Shown: piece after piece, positions 1 through 8,854 of the stretch | Position numbering within the stretch: position 1 is the first letter of the stretch | Layout of the letters: each line of letters opens with the position of its first letter | Virus record (IMG/VR): IMGVR_UViG_3300035156_000168 | Location: 1 to 63,934 of that record | Source of the DNA: a virus | Taxonomy: Duplodnaviria; Caudoviricetes | Strand: one strand, 5' to 3' | DNA length: 63,934 nt | The notes under the pieces: model-generated | The model's input: the letters and a program-made list of their open reading frames with translations, nothing else | Database searches by the model: none | What the model was told of the DNA's origin: nothing | Position numbers and translations under genes: made by a program

Positions 1-117
1 CGACCATGTGCGAGCGAAAAGTCTCCGAGGGGTGCCGTGGCGGTACGCGCTCCGCTGCATCGACGACCTCGGGCTCATCCTCCGCGCCGAAGTCATCTGG
101 GCGAAACCCAACGGGCT
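1..117 (+). repeat. 117-bp exact repeat of 62771-62887 (circularisation/assembly overlap)
   Basis: Base-by-base identity up to position 117, first mismatch 118 vs 62888, then diverged homology. Confidence 0.9.
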
Positions 118-1471
118 GCCGGAGTCGGTGACCGACCGGGTGCGGCGCAGCCACGAACAGTGGTTCCACTTTACGAAGGAGCCGCGCTACTTCTCGGCGG
201 TAGACGAAATACGGGAGCAACACAGCGCGCACTCACTGCGGTACGAGGCAAACGGTCGTGGCGCCAAGTACCAGACGGATGCTGTCGATGCCCGCCGCGG
301 AGTTCAGGGATTCGGCGGCAACGGTAACCCCGCACACTCTCTCAACCCTCTCGGCAAGCTCCCCGGCTCAGTATGGACGATCGACGGCGGCGAATCGCTG
401 ACCCGTTCCGTTCTCAACGCCGTCGCAGCAGGCGGCATCACACCCGACGAAGGCGAAAGGATTCTGCTGTGGACGCAGGATGGTTCATGGAGCACGTTGC
501 TCAATCAGACGGCGGCTGCTAGGTCTGGAAAGGGTGGAAAGACAGCAGGGGATACGCCAAAGTCTCCGTCGGTGGAGGTGTCAAGCAGCTCGTCCATCGC
601 GTCTCCTACGAACTTTTCGTCGGACCCATCCCCGCAGGGCTCACCATCGACCACCTCTGTCGCAACACATCCTGCGTCCGACCGGACCACCTTGAACCAG
701 TCACCCTTCGCGAAAACATTCGCCGCGCCAACCCCGAGCGGACAACCTGCAGACATGGACACAGCCTGGCCGACGCCTACATCGACATCACCGCCGCCGG
801 TTTCCACCACAAGAAATGCCGGACGTGCGTCCTCGCCCGAGTCCGACGCAGGCGAGAGCGTTTGGGTGGTGCCAACGCAGCCGCTCAAGGTTCCGGCTGA
901 GCTTGGCATCGACCATTTCGCAGCATTCAGTATGGAGTTCCCGAGGCGGATCATTCAGGGCTGGTCGCCGGCGGGGGTGTGCAGCGCATGCGGCCAGGGA
1001 CGGCGGCCGGTGGGGACCCGTGAGCATGTCGTTGAGGACATGTATCCCGATGCGGCGGTGCCGGGATTGAACAACAGGAACCGCACCGAGTACCGGGGGC
1101 GACGCAGCGTGACCGTGACGCTCACCGGCTACGCCTGCGCCTGCACCGAAGGAACGTACGAGTGGGAATCGCCTAACGGCGTCCCCCATCTGGTCATCAG
1201 AGGCTTGTGCGCCACATGTGGCAACGGTCCACACCCGCTACCACCGACGACACCTTCGACCGTGCTGGACCCGTTCGGCGGCACCGGCACAACCGCGCTA
1301 GTGGCGAAAGCGCTGGGTCGCCACGGCATCTCAGTCGACATGTCCGCTGACTACTGCCGTCTCGCGGAGTGGCGGACCACCGACCGCGGCCAGCTCGCGG
1401 CGGCGATGCAAGTCGAGAAACCCGCCGCAGTGCACCCCGACCAACTCGACCTGTTCGGCGGTGCAGCATGA
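1..1471 (+). CDS. DNA methyltransferase (N4/N6 family), allele A, 5' part missing
   Basis: IWAKPNGLPESVTDRVRRSHE, DHFA and SAM-binding DPFGGTGTT motifs; carries a ~160 aa Ser/Thr/Pro-rich insert and a Cys-rich insert; N-terminus is found at 62418. Confidence 0.9.
   Translation, partial: DHVRAKSLRGVPWRYALRCIDDLGLILRAEVIWAKPNGLPESVTDRVRRSHEQWFHFTKEPRYFSAVDEIREQHSAHSLRYEANGRGAKYQTDAVDARRGVQGFGGNGNPAHSLNPLGKLPGSVWTIDGGESLTRSVLNAVAAGGITPDEGERILLWTQDGSWSTLLNQTAAARSGKGGKTAGDTPKSPSVEVSSSSSIASPTNFSSDPSPQGSPSTTSVATHPASDRTTLNQSPFAKTFAAPTPSGQPADMDTAWPTPTSTSPPPVSTTRNAGRASSPESDAGESVWVVPTQPLKVPAELGIDHFAAFSMEFPRRIIQGWSPAGVCSACGQGRRPVGTREHVVEDMYPDAAVPGLNNRNRTEYRGRRSVTVTLTGYACACTEGTYEWESPNGVPHLVIRGLCATCGNGPHPLPPTTPSTVLDPFGGTGTTALVAKALGRHGISVDMSADYCRLAEWRTTDRGQLAAAMQVEKPAAVHPDQLDLFGGAA
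469..900 (+). pseudogene. HNH endonuclease nested in an alternative frame of the methyltransferase, with internal TAG at 520-522
   Basis: Manual translation: GC*VWKGWKDSRGY...HRVSYELFVGPIPAGLTIDHLCRNTSCVRPDHLEPVTLREN...TCRHGH...CRTC; AAAGGA RBS 7 nt before GTG 469. Confidence 0.88.
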
Positions 1472-1806
1472 CCAACTACGACAACGGCCGCCGCTTCGAA
1501 TGGGCTGTCCGCGACCACCTCATCGCCGACGGATACGACGTGTTCCGCTCAGCCGGCAGCAAAACCAAAGTCGACATGACAGCCGTAAAAACAGGACAAC
1601 TGCTGTTCGTTCAATGCAAACGCGACGGCAAAATCAGCCCCGCCGAACGCGCCAAACTGCTGCAACTCGCAACGCTCATCGACTGCGCTGTGCCTGTTCT
1701 CGCGTGGAAAGAGTTCGGCAAAGCGCAAGTGCTCCTCGCCGTGCTGACTGGGCCGGGGCCGAAAGACCGACGCCCGTTCCACACCGACCAGGTTGTCGCC
1801 GCATGA
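1468..1806 (+). CDS. Holliday junction resolvase-like PD-(D/E)xK nuclease
   Basis: GRRFE...GY.VFRSAGSK..VD...LLFVQCK, Hjc-like pattern; ATGA overlap. Confidence 0.75.
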   Translation: MTNYDNGRRFEWAVRDHLIADGYDVFRSAGSKTKVDMTAVKTGQLLFVQCKRDGKISPAERAKLLQLATLIDCAVPVLAWKEFGKAQVLLAVLTGPGPKDRRPFHTDQVVAA

Positions 1807-1967
1807 AAGGCCACGACCCCACCTTCTACCGCAAATACCGCCCCAACTGCCAACCCCTCCACTGGATCGTGTGCGAATGCGGCTGGGAATCACCACGCAG
1901 CGGCTACGCGCGGAACGTCCGCATCCACCACCGCAACCACGCCACCGACGCCGCCAAACCGGCATGA
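1803..1967 (+). CDS. small hypothetical (CxCGW)
   Basis: ATGA overlaps on both sides. Confidence 0.55.
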   Translation: MKGHDPTFYRKYRPNCQPLHWIVCECGWESPRSGYARNVRIHHRNHATDAAKPA

Positions 1968-2101
1968 CGCTCGCCGAATGGCAGACCACCGAACTGTTCC
2001 ACTACCTCGCCGCCAAACCCGGCAGATGCTCAAAATGCGCCTGGCACGTAGCAACCCAAACCCACCGACCCGACTGCCCAAAACGAAAGCTCACACCATG
2101 A
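1964..2101 (+). CDS. small hypothetical, Cys/His motif
   Basis: ATGA overlaps on both sides. Confidence 0.5.
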   Translation: MTLAEWQTTELFHYLAAKPGRCSKCAWHVATQTHRPDCPKRKLTP

Positions 2102-2400
2102 TTACAGACCCGCTGGACCCCGCCGCCATCATGGCCGAGCATCAGCCAAATGTGGCGGGTGACCTAGAAGATGCATGGTGCCGTTACTGCGCCGACGCAT
2201 GGCCCTGCGAGCCGCACCGTCTAGCCGCCGACCTCGCCGCTCAACGGCAGACAACAGCCAAGATCGCAAGCCTTTACCTGTCGCTGCTTATAAAGCAACG
2301 ACTGTCAGATGGAACGCCAGTGCTGAAACTCGTCTTTGACCTCGACCCGCGTCTCGCTGACCAGTTCCGCGCCGCTCTGGCCGGTGAGGGTGCAGCATGA
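2098..2400 (+). CDS. hypothetical, partial paralog of 59211-59690
   Basis: TDPLD.AAIMAEH, RLAADL, AALAGEGA shared with the other gene. Confidence 0.6.
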   Translation: MITDPLDPAAIMAEHQPNVAGDLEDAWCRYCADAWPCEPHRLAADLAAQRQTTAKIASLYLSLLIKQRLSDGTPVLKLVFDLDPRLADQFRAALAGEGAA

Positions 2401-2662
2401 CCATCACAATCCTGCCTGCCGGAACCATCCCGACCTTGACCCCGAAGACTGGTTCCCCAACGAACTCACCGGCTTCAAATCGAAACTCAACGACGACAAC
2501 ATTGCCGCCCTGAATGTGTGCCGAAACGAATGCCCCGCCATGTCGCAATGCTTAACGGTCGCCCTCCAAAGCAACCAACAGTTCGGCATTTGGGGCGGCA
2601 GCACAGCAAACGACCGACGGTCGATGCGACGAAAGGGCACGAAACTCACACGCGTCCAGTGA
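2390..2662 (+). CDS. whiB: WhiB-family transcription factor
   Basis: Four Cys, DPEDWFP and GIWGG motif; start uncertain. Confidence 0.85.
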   Translation: MQHDHHNPACRNHPDLDPEDWFPNELTGFKSKLNDDNIAALNVCRNECPAMSQCLTVALQSNQQFGIWGGSTANDRRSMRRKGTKLTRVQ

Positions 2663-2779
2663 CCACACAGACTGCACGTAGGGTACATAATGATTGGACG
2701 CACCAAGACAGAAAAAGGCCCGCTAGCGCTGGAACGCCCGGGCCGGCCCACCGACGAAAGACTTTGAGGAGATCAGCCA

Positions 2780-3130
2780 GTGGACACCACCAGAATGCAG
2801 CCCGGTGCTGACACGCCAGCACCAACACGAACCTGCGACCACTGCGCCGGCACGCTGCAACGCCGACCAAGCGAGAACAGGCGCGACTGGGAAGCCCGTC
2901 GCTTCTGCTGCATCACATGCCGCAACCGCCACGTCAGCGCCAACGGCCGCCGCGAAACCGAAGGGCGGTACGAAGATCTCGTGTGGCTACTCGAATGTGG
3001 AGAGTCACTTCACCGCATCCCCGACAGGCTCGGCACCACACCACTCGCCCTGTCCCGCTGGCTCCGCCGCAACGGACACCCGCAGCTCGCCGCCCGATTT
3101 GAGCGCGCCGATGTTGTCCGAGCGGCCTAG
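2780..3130 (+). CDS. Zn-finger plus HTH DNA-binding protein
   Basis: CDHC...FCCITC and C-terminal HTH-like segment; GAGGAG RBS. Confidence 0.55.
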   Translation: MDTTRMQPGADTPAPTRTCDHCAGTLQRRPSENRRDWEARRFCCITCRNRHVSANGRRETEGRYEDLVWLLECGESLHRIPDRLGTTPLALSRWLRRNGHPQLAARFERADVVRAA

Positions 3131-3136
3131 GTTCTT

Positions 3137-3934
3137 ATGCCCCGCGACCAGCGCACGTACATCACCGTGCACGACGGCATGCCCGAGCACCCCAAAGTGG
3201 AACCGCTATCCGACGCCGCGTTCAGGCTTCTCGTGACCACCTGGTGCTGGTGCTCACGTCAACTCACCGACGGTCAGGTGCCGAGCGCGGTCTGGCTCAA
3301 ACGAGGGACTGCGAAGACTCGCGCCGAACTGCGGAACGCGGGGCTTGTCGAAGACACTCCTGGCGGCGTTCTGATGCACGACTACACGGAGCACCAACGC
3401 ACAGCTGACGAGGTTGCGGAGTTGCGCGAGAAGCGCGCCGAGGCTGGCCGGAAGGGTGGGCTAGCCAAGGCAGCAGCCCAAGCAACAGCTAGCAAACCCG
3501 TAGCAAGTGCTAGCCCAGTTGCTAAGCAAACGGCTAGCAAACCTCTAGCAGAGTCAGAGACAGATACAGATACAGACAAAAGCAACCCTCCGGGGGGCGG
3601 ACAAGCCGCCGCCGAAAGCACCCAGCATCTGATCGCTCGATGGATAGATCACCAAGAACGCCGACCACCCGGAGCCGTCATCGGCCAGGTGTCCAAGCAG
3701 TTGAAAGCCATGCTCAACGAAGGCATTCCCATCACGGACTTGGAGTTCGGACTGGCCGCATGGCAAGCCAAAGGGCTACACCCCTCGACGCTTCCCTCCG
3801 TCGTGCACGAGATGCGCACAGCACGACCACAAACACCGAGACGTCAGCAAGAGACTGACGACCTGTTCGACCGAGCACTTCGACGCAACGGCGTCACATC
3901 CCCTGTCGTCGACCAGAAAGCGTTAGGCGCATGA
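3137..3934 (+). CDS. replication initiator protein
   Basis: N-terminal DGMPEHPKV..LSDAAFRL...TDG pattern, central low-complexity linker with DNA repeats, followed by a loader-like gene. Confidence 0.75.
   Translation: MPRDQRTYITVHDGMPEHPKVEPLSDAAFRLLVTTWCWCSRQLTDGQVPSAVWLKRGTAKTRAELRNAGLVEDTPGGVLMHDYTEHQRTADEVAELREKRAEAGRKGGLAKAAAQATASKPVASASPVAKQTASKPLAESETDTDTDKSNPPGGGQAAAESTQHLIARWIDHQERRPPGAVIGQVSKQLKAMLNEGIPITDLEFGLAAWQAKGLHPSTLPSVVHEMRTARPQTPRRQQETDDLFDRALRRNGVTSPVVDQKALGA
3460..3552. repeat. iteron-like cluster, probable replication origin
   Basis: GCTAGCAAAC at 3488 and 3533, further TAGC(A/C) copies at 3460, 3501, 3509, 3545, palindrome TTGCTAAGCAA at 3519; CTAG is otherwise scarce. 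Confidence 0.65.
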
Positions 3935-4434
3935 ACATCGCCGAAGTCATCACCCTCCTCCGCAAAGTCAAAGCTCACTGCCCATCTCAGTTGATCGACG
4001 AGTACACACCCGAAGCGTGGAGCGAAGTGCTCGACGACATCAGTTGGGTTGACGCTAATCAGGCGTTGATCAAGATCTGCAAGATGGATCTCGAGCCTGG
4101 CAAGTCTCGCTACATCGAGCCTGGTCACATTCGAGGCGAAGTCAGACGTCTACGGCTGAAGCGCCTGAACGATTACGGCTTGATTGAGACGCCGCGAGTT
4201 CCTGCGCTGGACGGTGAGGATGTTTGGAGTCCTCGCATCATGCTGAGCGAGTTGCGTTACATGCGGCAGATGCGCGAGCTGATCGCAGATGGGAAGTTGG
4301 GTGCTGGCGAAACCATCCCGCTTGTGGCAATGACGCAGCAGGAAGCTGACGAGCAGGCGCAGCAGAAGGAAGCTTTGCGCGCGAAGCGGGTGCCGACCTG
4401 GTATCAGGCTGAGGTAGAAGCTGGACGGATGTGA
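3931..4434 (+). CDS. helicase loader/inhibitor-like replication protein
   Basis: Directly after the initiator; EAW.EVLDDI...A.QA pattern. Confidence 0.55.
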   Translation: MNIAEVITLLRKVKAHCPSQLIDEYTPEAWSEVLDDISWVDANQALIKICKMDLEPGKSRYIEPGHIRGEVRRLRLKRLNDYGLIETPRVPALDGEDVWSPRIMLSELRYMRQMRELIADGKLGAGETIPLVAMTQQEADEQAQQKEALRAKRVPTWYQAEVEAGRM

Positions 4435-4709
4435 CCCAGCTCGAGCGCGCGTTGCGGGTGGTGCAGGCGGTCCGTGACGAGCGGTCGACCGGCGACCACG
4501 TTGTGTGCGACTGGGCGCCCTGCGGCCCCTGTGAAGCCCTGGCAGCGTTCGACGCAGCAGAACTACCCGCCGACACTCCTGAGCCCGCAGACGGCGTTTT
4601 TGGGCTTGGTGAGTTCCCGCCAATCGACGTGTGCATCACCGGCGGCATTCACGTGTGGAACGACGCCGGCCGCTGCTCCCGCTGCGACAACTGGAAAGGC
4701 AACCCATGA
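4431..4709 (+). CDS. hypothetical
   Basis: Coupled ORF, 4-nt overlaps. Confidence 0.5.
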   Translation: MTQLERALRVVQAVRDERSTGDHVVCDWAPCGPCEALAAFDAAELPADTPEPADGVFGLGEFPPIDVCITGGIHVWNDAGRCSRCDNWKGNP

Positions 4710-5164
4710 CCGAACCGCGCATCATCCCACCCGAGGCGATGCCACAGCACCGGCGAGACGCCCTCCGCGAGGAGCATGCCGCCGGACTCTGTCAGCGATG
4801 TCGCAATCCGCTCAACGGGCCGTGTGACTCGCTCGTTGCCCTGAACGCGCTAGAGGCTGCTGAGCACACCGCCGCCGTGCTGGGCGAACAGGTGTTGGAG
4901 TTTCAGAAGACTCAGGACGCGATGTGCCGCGACATGGACTACTTCGAGACCCAGATGGAGAAAGCCCGTGCTGATCGGGACGCGTTGGGTGAGCAGCGAG
5001 ACGCCGCCCTGGCGCTGCACTGGCCGGTACAGGCGCCAGGGGTCAACTTCGCTGGCGACCCTTGGGACCCGTACTGCGGCGGTTGCCACGAGGAGTGCGG
5101 CTACGACGCGGCTCCGACCTACCCGTGCCGAACCGCCCGCGCGCTCGGGGTCACCGATGTCTGA
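4706..5164 (+). CDS. hypothetical, coiled coil plus Cys motifs
   Basis: Coupled ORF; ends YPCRTARALG. Confidence 0.55.
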   Translation: MTEPRIIPPEAMPQHRRDALREEHAAGLCQRCRNPLNGPCDSLVALNALEAAEHTAAVLGEQVLEFQKTQDAMCRDMDYFETQMEKARADRDALGEQRDAALALHWPVQAPGVNFAGDPWDPYCGGCHEECGYDAAPTYPCRTARALGVTDV

Positions 5165-5357
5165 CCACGAGTACCTGTCAACGGCGTGCGTCCACGATCG
5201 GCACCCGGAGTGTCGTCTGGCCTGCAAGTTCTGCCGGCAGGGGTGCAGCTGCGGCTGCCACGCCGACCCGACTGACCCAGCGAACGCCATCCTCGACGCA
5301 CCCGCCCACGCCACCAGCCAACCCGCGCAACCCATCCGACCGGAGACACCGCTATGA
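5157..5357 (+). CDS. small Cys-rich protein
   Basis: HEYLSTAC.H..H..C...CKFC...C.C.CH. Confidence 0.6.
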   Translation: MSDHEYLSTACVHDRHPECRLACKFCRQGCSCGCHADPTDPANAILDAPAHATSQPAQPIRPETPL

Positions 5358-5524
5358 GCCCGCTCGCAATCGTGTGGCTCATAGCGGCCGCCGCCAACAT
5401 CGCCTTAGTCGTCACGGGCACCGACCGATGGGACAACGCAATACAAGCAGGCATGTCGGCTCTGTTGGCGCTGTACGCCCAAGAGGTTCACCGCAGCAGG
5501 AAAGCCAAGGAGCGTCAGCCGTGA
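5354..5524 (+). CDS. small membrane protein
   Basis: MSPLAIVWLIAAAANIALVV; GGAG RBS; coupled. Confidence 0.5.
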   Translation: MSPLAIVWLIAAAANIALVVTGTDRWDNAIQAGMSALLALYAQEVHRSRKAKERQP

Positions 5525-5976
5525 CCGACCATCCCTGCCTCCGCTGCGGCTCACCCGTCCCGAACGGTGCACAAGCGTGCCTGTACTGCGGCACCTACCT
5601 GATCGACCGCGACAAACCCACCCCACCTGCCGTGACGCCGCCGCCGATGGTGTCACCCGGCCCCGGACTCACCTGGGACCCCAACCCAAACGACCGCATC
5701 CACCGCGGCTACGCCACCGCCTACACCGTCGGCGGGCTCATCATCGGTGTTGCTGAGTTTGTTGCGTTGCGGCGCGAAAAACTGAACCACGACAACGGCA
5801 CCGCCGACAGGGTGAAAAGGACGTTGACCGCGTGCATTCGGTGGGTGTTCGCCACAGACTCCGTCACCGGCGTCCCACTCCGAGTCAAACTCGGCCGCAC
5901 CCGCCGGTTCCTGCTGTCCTGCCTCATCGGACCCGGCTGGCTCTCAGGACACTTCAAAAGAACCGAGGAAATGTGA
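5521..5976 (+). CDS. hypothetical with N-terminal Zn ribbon
   Basis: CLRCG...CLYCG; AAGGAG RBS. Confidence 0.55.
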   Translation: MTDHPCLRCGSPVPNGAQACLYCGTYLIDRDKPTPPAVTPPPMVSPGPGLTWDPNPNDRIHRGYATAYTVGGLIIGVAEFVALRREKLNHDNGTADRVKRTLTACIRWVFATDSVTGVPLRVKLGRTRRFLLSCLIGPGWLSGHFKRTEEM

Positions 5977-6164
5977 CAACGAACGATCCAGTGTTCGGCC
6001 CAAGATATGCAGTGCCGCTCCCGCCGCTGCACATAGACATTCGTCCCGACGAAAGCGTTGACCCCGAAGCGTGGCGCGACTTCCGAGATGCGGCAACCCA
6101 GGCGGTCTACGACCTGTTCGAGGAGCACGGTCTCGCTGCTCGGGTTGAGGACGGTGCAGCGTGA
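5973..6164 (+). CDS. hypothetical
   Basis: GTGA coupling, GAGGA RBS. Confidence 0.5.
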   Translation: MTTNDPVFGPRYAVPLPPLHIDIRPDESVDPEAWRDFRDAATQAVYDLFEEHGLAARVEDGAA

Positions 6165-6382
6165 GCGATGAGCGAGCCCGCAAATTCGAAGAAGCGTTGA
6201 TCGAAGCGCTCGAAGGCGTACTAATCACCAAGTACGTCATCATCGCCGAAACCATCGATGCTCAAGGCGTCAAGACGCTCGAAACAGCCACATCGGAAGA
6301 TTTGCCCATCTGGGACGAGATGGGGATGCTGCGCTTCCATCTGACGATCCGAGACAAGTCAGTCGAAGGCCAGCAGCAATGA
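6161..6382 (+). CDS. hypothetical
   Basis: Coupled ORF. Confidence 0.55.
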   Translation: MSDERARKFEEALIEALEGVLITKYVIIAETIDAQGVKTLETATSEDLPIWDEMGMLRFHLTIRDKSVEGQQQ

Positions 6383-7104
6383 CCCAGTCCTGTGCCGCGT
6401 GCGGTGCCGAAGTCCGCGACCAGCGCATCTGCGGCCGCTGCCAAGCCGTGACGAAAGTGGACCTCGGGAACATGCCCGAGCTGGCCCGCGAACTCCTGAC
6501 GGTGATGGTGAAGCAAACCAACTACCAGGCGAAGTCTGACGGCGGCCGATCCACCGACCCGGCTTTGGCGTGGGCCGGGGTCGGCGACCAGTACCTGACC
6601 GACCACATCATCGACGGGAAGCCCGTGCCAGGGCTCGACAAATACCTGGAACTGAACCCAATCGCAACCCCATACGGCAAAGCGGCAGCGGCCAGTCTGC
6701 GGGAGGTGCGAGCCACGTTGGTGTCGTGGACACGGCTGCTCGCGGAGGAGATGGGGATACCGCTGCCACGGAGCAGCATCGGCGCCCTGTCAGCGCACCT
6801 GCGGCGCCATGTGCATCTGCTCGGCAACCATGAAGCGGCTGGCGATTTCGTGGTCGAGGTGTCGAAGTTGGTGAAGCGGATCATGGTGGTGATCGACTCG
6901 CCGACGTTCCGGTCGAAGATCCCAGTCGGGCCGTGCATCGAGCAGGTCGACGAACTGCCGTGCACAGGGACGGTGATTGCGTACACGTACGCCGACCAGG
7001 ATGTGGTGGGGACAATGGCGTGTCAGCGGTGCAAGAAGGAATGGCCGCCGCGTGAGTGGCTACGGGTCGGACCGCAGATACTGGCCAAGCGAGAAGCGGC
7101 ATAA
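6379..7104 (+). CDS. Cys-motif protein at end of early operon (possible late regulator)
   Basis: CxxC pairs at both ends, position before packaging module. Confidence 0.5.
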   Translation: MTQSCAACGAEVRDQRICGRCQAVTKVDLGNMPELARELLTVMVKQTNYQAKSDGGRSTDPALAWAGVGDQYLTDHIIDGKPVPGLDKYLELNPIATPYGKAAAASLREVRATLVSWTRLLAEEMGIPLPRSSIGALSAHLRRHVHLLGNHEAAGDFVVEVSKLVKRIMVVIDSPTFRSKIPVGPCIEQVDELPCTGTVIAYTYADQDVVGTMACQRCKKEWPPREWLRVGPQILAKREAA

Positions 7105-7236
7105 CCTGTGCCTGTTGTGTCCTCAATGACTGCACCGCCTGACCATAATGACGCGACGCTGCAAGGTAAACTTAGTCACATGAAAGCCCCGCGACTGCGG
7201 CGAACAGTCCGGGGCTACGGTCCAACTATCTAGGAG

Positions 7237-7725
7237 TTGAACGTGTCCGATCCTACCTTGACGCGCAGTGATCTGGAATCCGTCATCGACAGGGATGACC
7301 CACGCCTTCTGTACTTCCTGCGGCTAGTCCTGGGATTCGAGCGCAGGAAGTGCGACGCGCTCACCAAGCCCGAGTTGGAAGCCTTATGGGAGGCTGCGGA
7401 GCGCAGTCGACTGATCGCGATCAAGGCCAACCAAGTCGACGATGCAAGCCGCAACGCTGACAACTACGGCGTCGGGCTGTCGGTCGTCTACTACATCCGA
7501 CTCGGCAGCCGCATCAAGATCGGCACCTCGACGTGCGTGCGGAAGCGGATTAAGACGTTCAACCCTGAGTCGATCCTCGGCCTTGAGCCAGGCGGCATCA
7601 GCGAGGAACGTGCGCGGCATCGGCAGTTCGCACATCTGCGTACGCGTGGTGAATGGTTCCGCGCAGAACCGGAGCTGGTGGAGTTCGCAGCGTCGCTGCC
7701 GTCCAGGTGGAGGCAATACTTGTGA
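7237..7725 (+). CDS. GIY-YIG/T5orf172-like nuclease domain protein
   Basis: VVYYIR...IKIGTS...E...H.QFAHLR.RGEWF. Confidence 0.75.
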   Translation: MNVSDPTLTRSDLESVIDRDDPRLLYFLRLVLGFERRKCDALTKPELEALWEAAERSRLIAIKANQVDDASRNADNYGVGLSVVYYIRLGSRIKIGTSTCVRKRIKTFNPESILGLEPGGISEERARHRQFAHLRTRGEWFRAEPELVEFAASLPSRWRQYL

Positions 7726-7728
7726 GCG

Positions 7729-7899
7729 ATGCATTCATACGCGACAGCCGAGCAGATCGCCACGGTGTACAGGGATTGGTCGGTCGCCTACGTGCGGAAG
7801 CAGGCGCATAAGTACCAGTGGCGGCGAGTGATTCTCGACCGACGAGCGCATTATCTATGGGCGGATGTTGACGCGACGTACTGGGCTACGCGTCAATGA
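7729..7899 (+). CDS. small HTH-like DNA-binding protein (56 aa, not in ORF track)
   Basis: MHSYATAEQIATVYRDWSVAYVRKQA...YLWADV. Confidence 0.5.
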   Translation: MHSYATAEQIATVYRDWSVAYVRKQAHKYQWRRVILDRRAHYLWADVDATYWATRQ

Positions 7900-7959
7900 G
7901 TGACCAGGTATCGATTCCGTGTTACGCTACCCGCGTCACGCCACAATTGAACTATCACT

Positions 7960-7992
7960 AGCCCGCCGTCTTCCGAGAACTGGCGGGCTTTT
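7960..7992 (+). terminator. hairpin with T tract
   Basis: AGCCCGCC...GGCGGGCT followed by TTT. Confidence 0.5.
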
Positions 7993-8007
7993 CCGTGCGG
8001 GAGATAC

Positions 8008-8400
8008 ATGCCGACTCTGCCGTACGTCTTCCGCGTCGTCGAAGTCGTCAAGGTCACCGATGCGGACACCTTCTGGTTGAAGCTCGACGTCGGGCTCAGG
8101 TTCGCTGTACTCGCCAACGTGCGGCTGCTCGGCTACGACGGACCCGAACGCCACCGAGGCAGCACCCGCGAGAAGAACCTAGCCGTTGTCGCATCCGTCT
8201 TCGCTGAGGCGTTCCTCAAGTCGGAGCACTCGCTGTGGGTCCGCACCGAACCTGACCCTGATTCGTTCGGCCGTTGGCTCGGTGAGATATGGCGGGAAGA
8301 CAACGCAGGCAAGAAGACGTATCTCGGCGCTGAGCTGCACGAGGCAGGGCTCGCATCGGTGTGGCCGACTCGCTGGGCTGAGGAGTACGACCAGGCATGA
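8008..8400 (+). CDS. thermonuclease (SNase-like)
   Basis: KVTDADT, VRLLGYDGPE, DSFGRWLG, L..AGLA. Confidence 0.8.
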   Translation: MPTLPYVFRVVEVVKVTDADTFWLKLDVGLRFAVLANVRLLGYDGPERHRGSTREKNLAVVASVFAEAFLKSEHSLWVRTEPDPDSFGRWLGEIWREDNAGKKTYLGAELHEAGLASVWPTRWAEEYDQA

Positions 8401-8488
8401 AACTCCTATACGCCGTCGTCTACCTGGCAGGCGCGCTGCTCGTCGTCGCCGTCATAACAGGAACCGTCTACATACTCACGAGGTGAGC

Positions 8489-8701
8489 ATGACCGACACC
8501 CTGACCGTCCACACCAAAGCCCACGGTATGGCGTGCTTTGTCTGTGCTACGACCGACGAATGCTGCCTCGCCCTAGCCAACGACGAAACATGCTGCAAAC
8601 GATGCGCAACCACAGCAGGAGTCACACACTCCCGACAACTCGGACGCGACGGCAAATGGGTAGCAGTCGACGGACTACCGAGAGAGGTGGCATGTGGCTA
8701 A
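8489..8701 (+). CDS. small Cys-rich hypothetical
   Basis: GAGGTGA RBS, six Cys. Confidence 0.45.
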   Translation: MTDTLTVHTKAHGMACFVCATTDECCLALANDETCCKRCATTAGVTHSRQLGRDGKWVAVDGLPREVACG

Positions 8702-8852
8702 AGGGAAGCACGGCAACCTCACAGGCAAGGCGAGCAGAGTGTACGAAGCCTTACGTCGAGGTGGGATGGGCAAGACGAAGGCAGCGAAGATAGCGAACGC
8801 AAGCAAGGCAGGCACCATCAACTACAAGCGCAAGGGTGGCAAGAGAAAGTAG
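8694..8852 (+). CDS. small basic protein (52 aa, not in ORF track)
   Basis: VYEALRRGGMGKTKAAKIAN; GAGG RBS. Confidence 0.6.
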   Translation: MAKGKHGNLTGKASRVYEALRRGGMGKTKAAKIANASKAGTINYKRKGGKRK

Positions 8853-8854
8853 CG

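Noticed and set aside
1-117. Physical direct terminal repeat of the virion DNA
   Set aside because: The repeat lies mid-gene, its second copy is 1 kb from the window end, and packaging genes point to ends near 9.1 kb.
520-522. Genome-wide TAG recoding
   Set aside because: TAG ends ordinary genes here (3130, 9445, 12391) and no suppressor tRNA is seen.
379-860. Group I intron or intein explaining the methylase allele A insert
   Set aside because: No intein Cys/His-Asn ends and no room for a ribozyme core, since the HNH frame fills nearly the whole insert; not excluded without RT-PCR.
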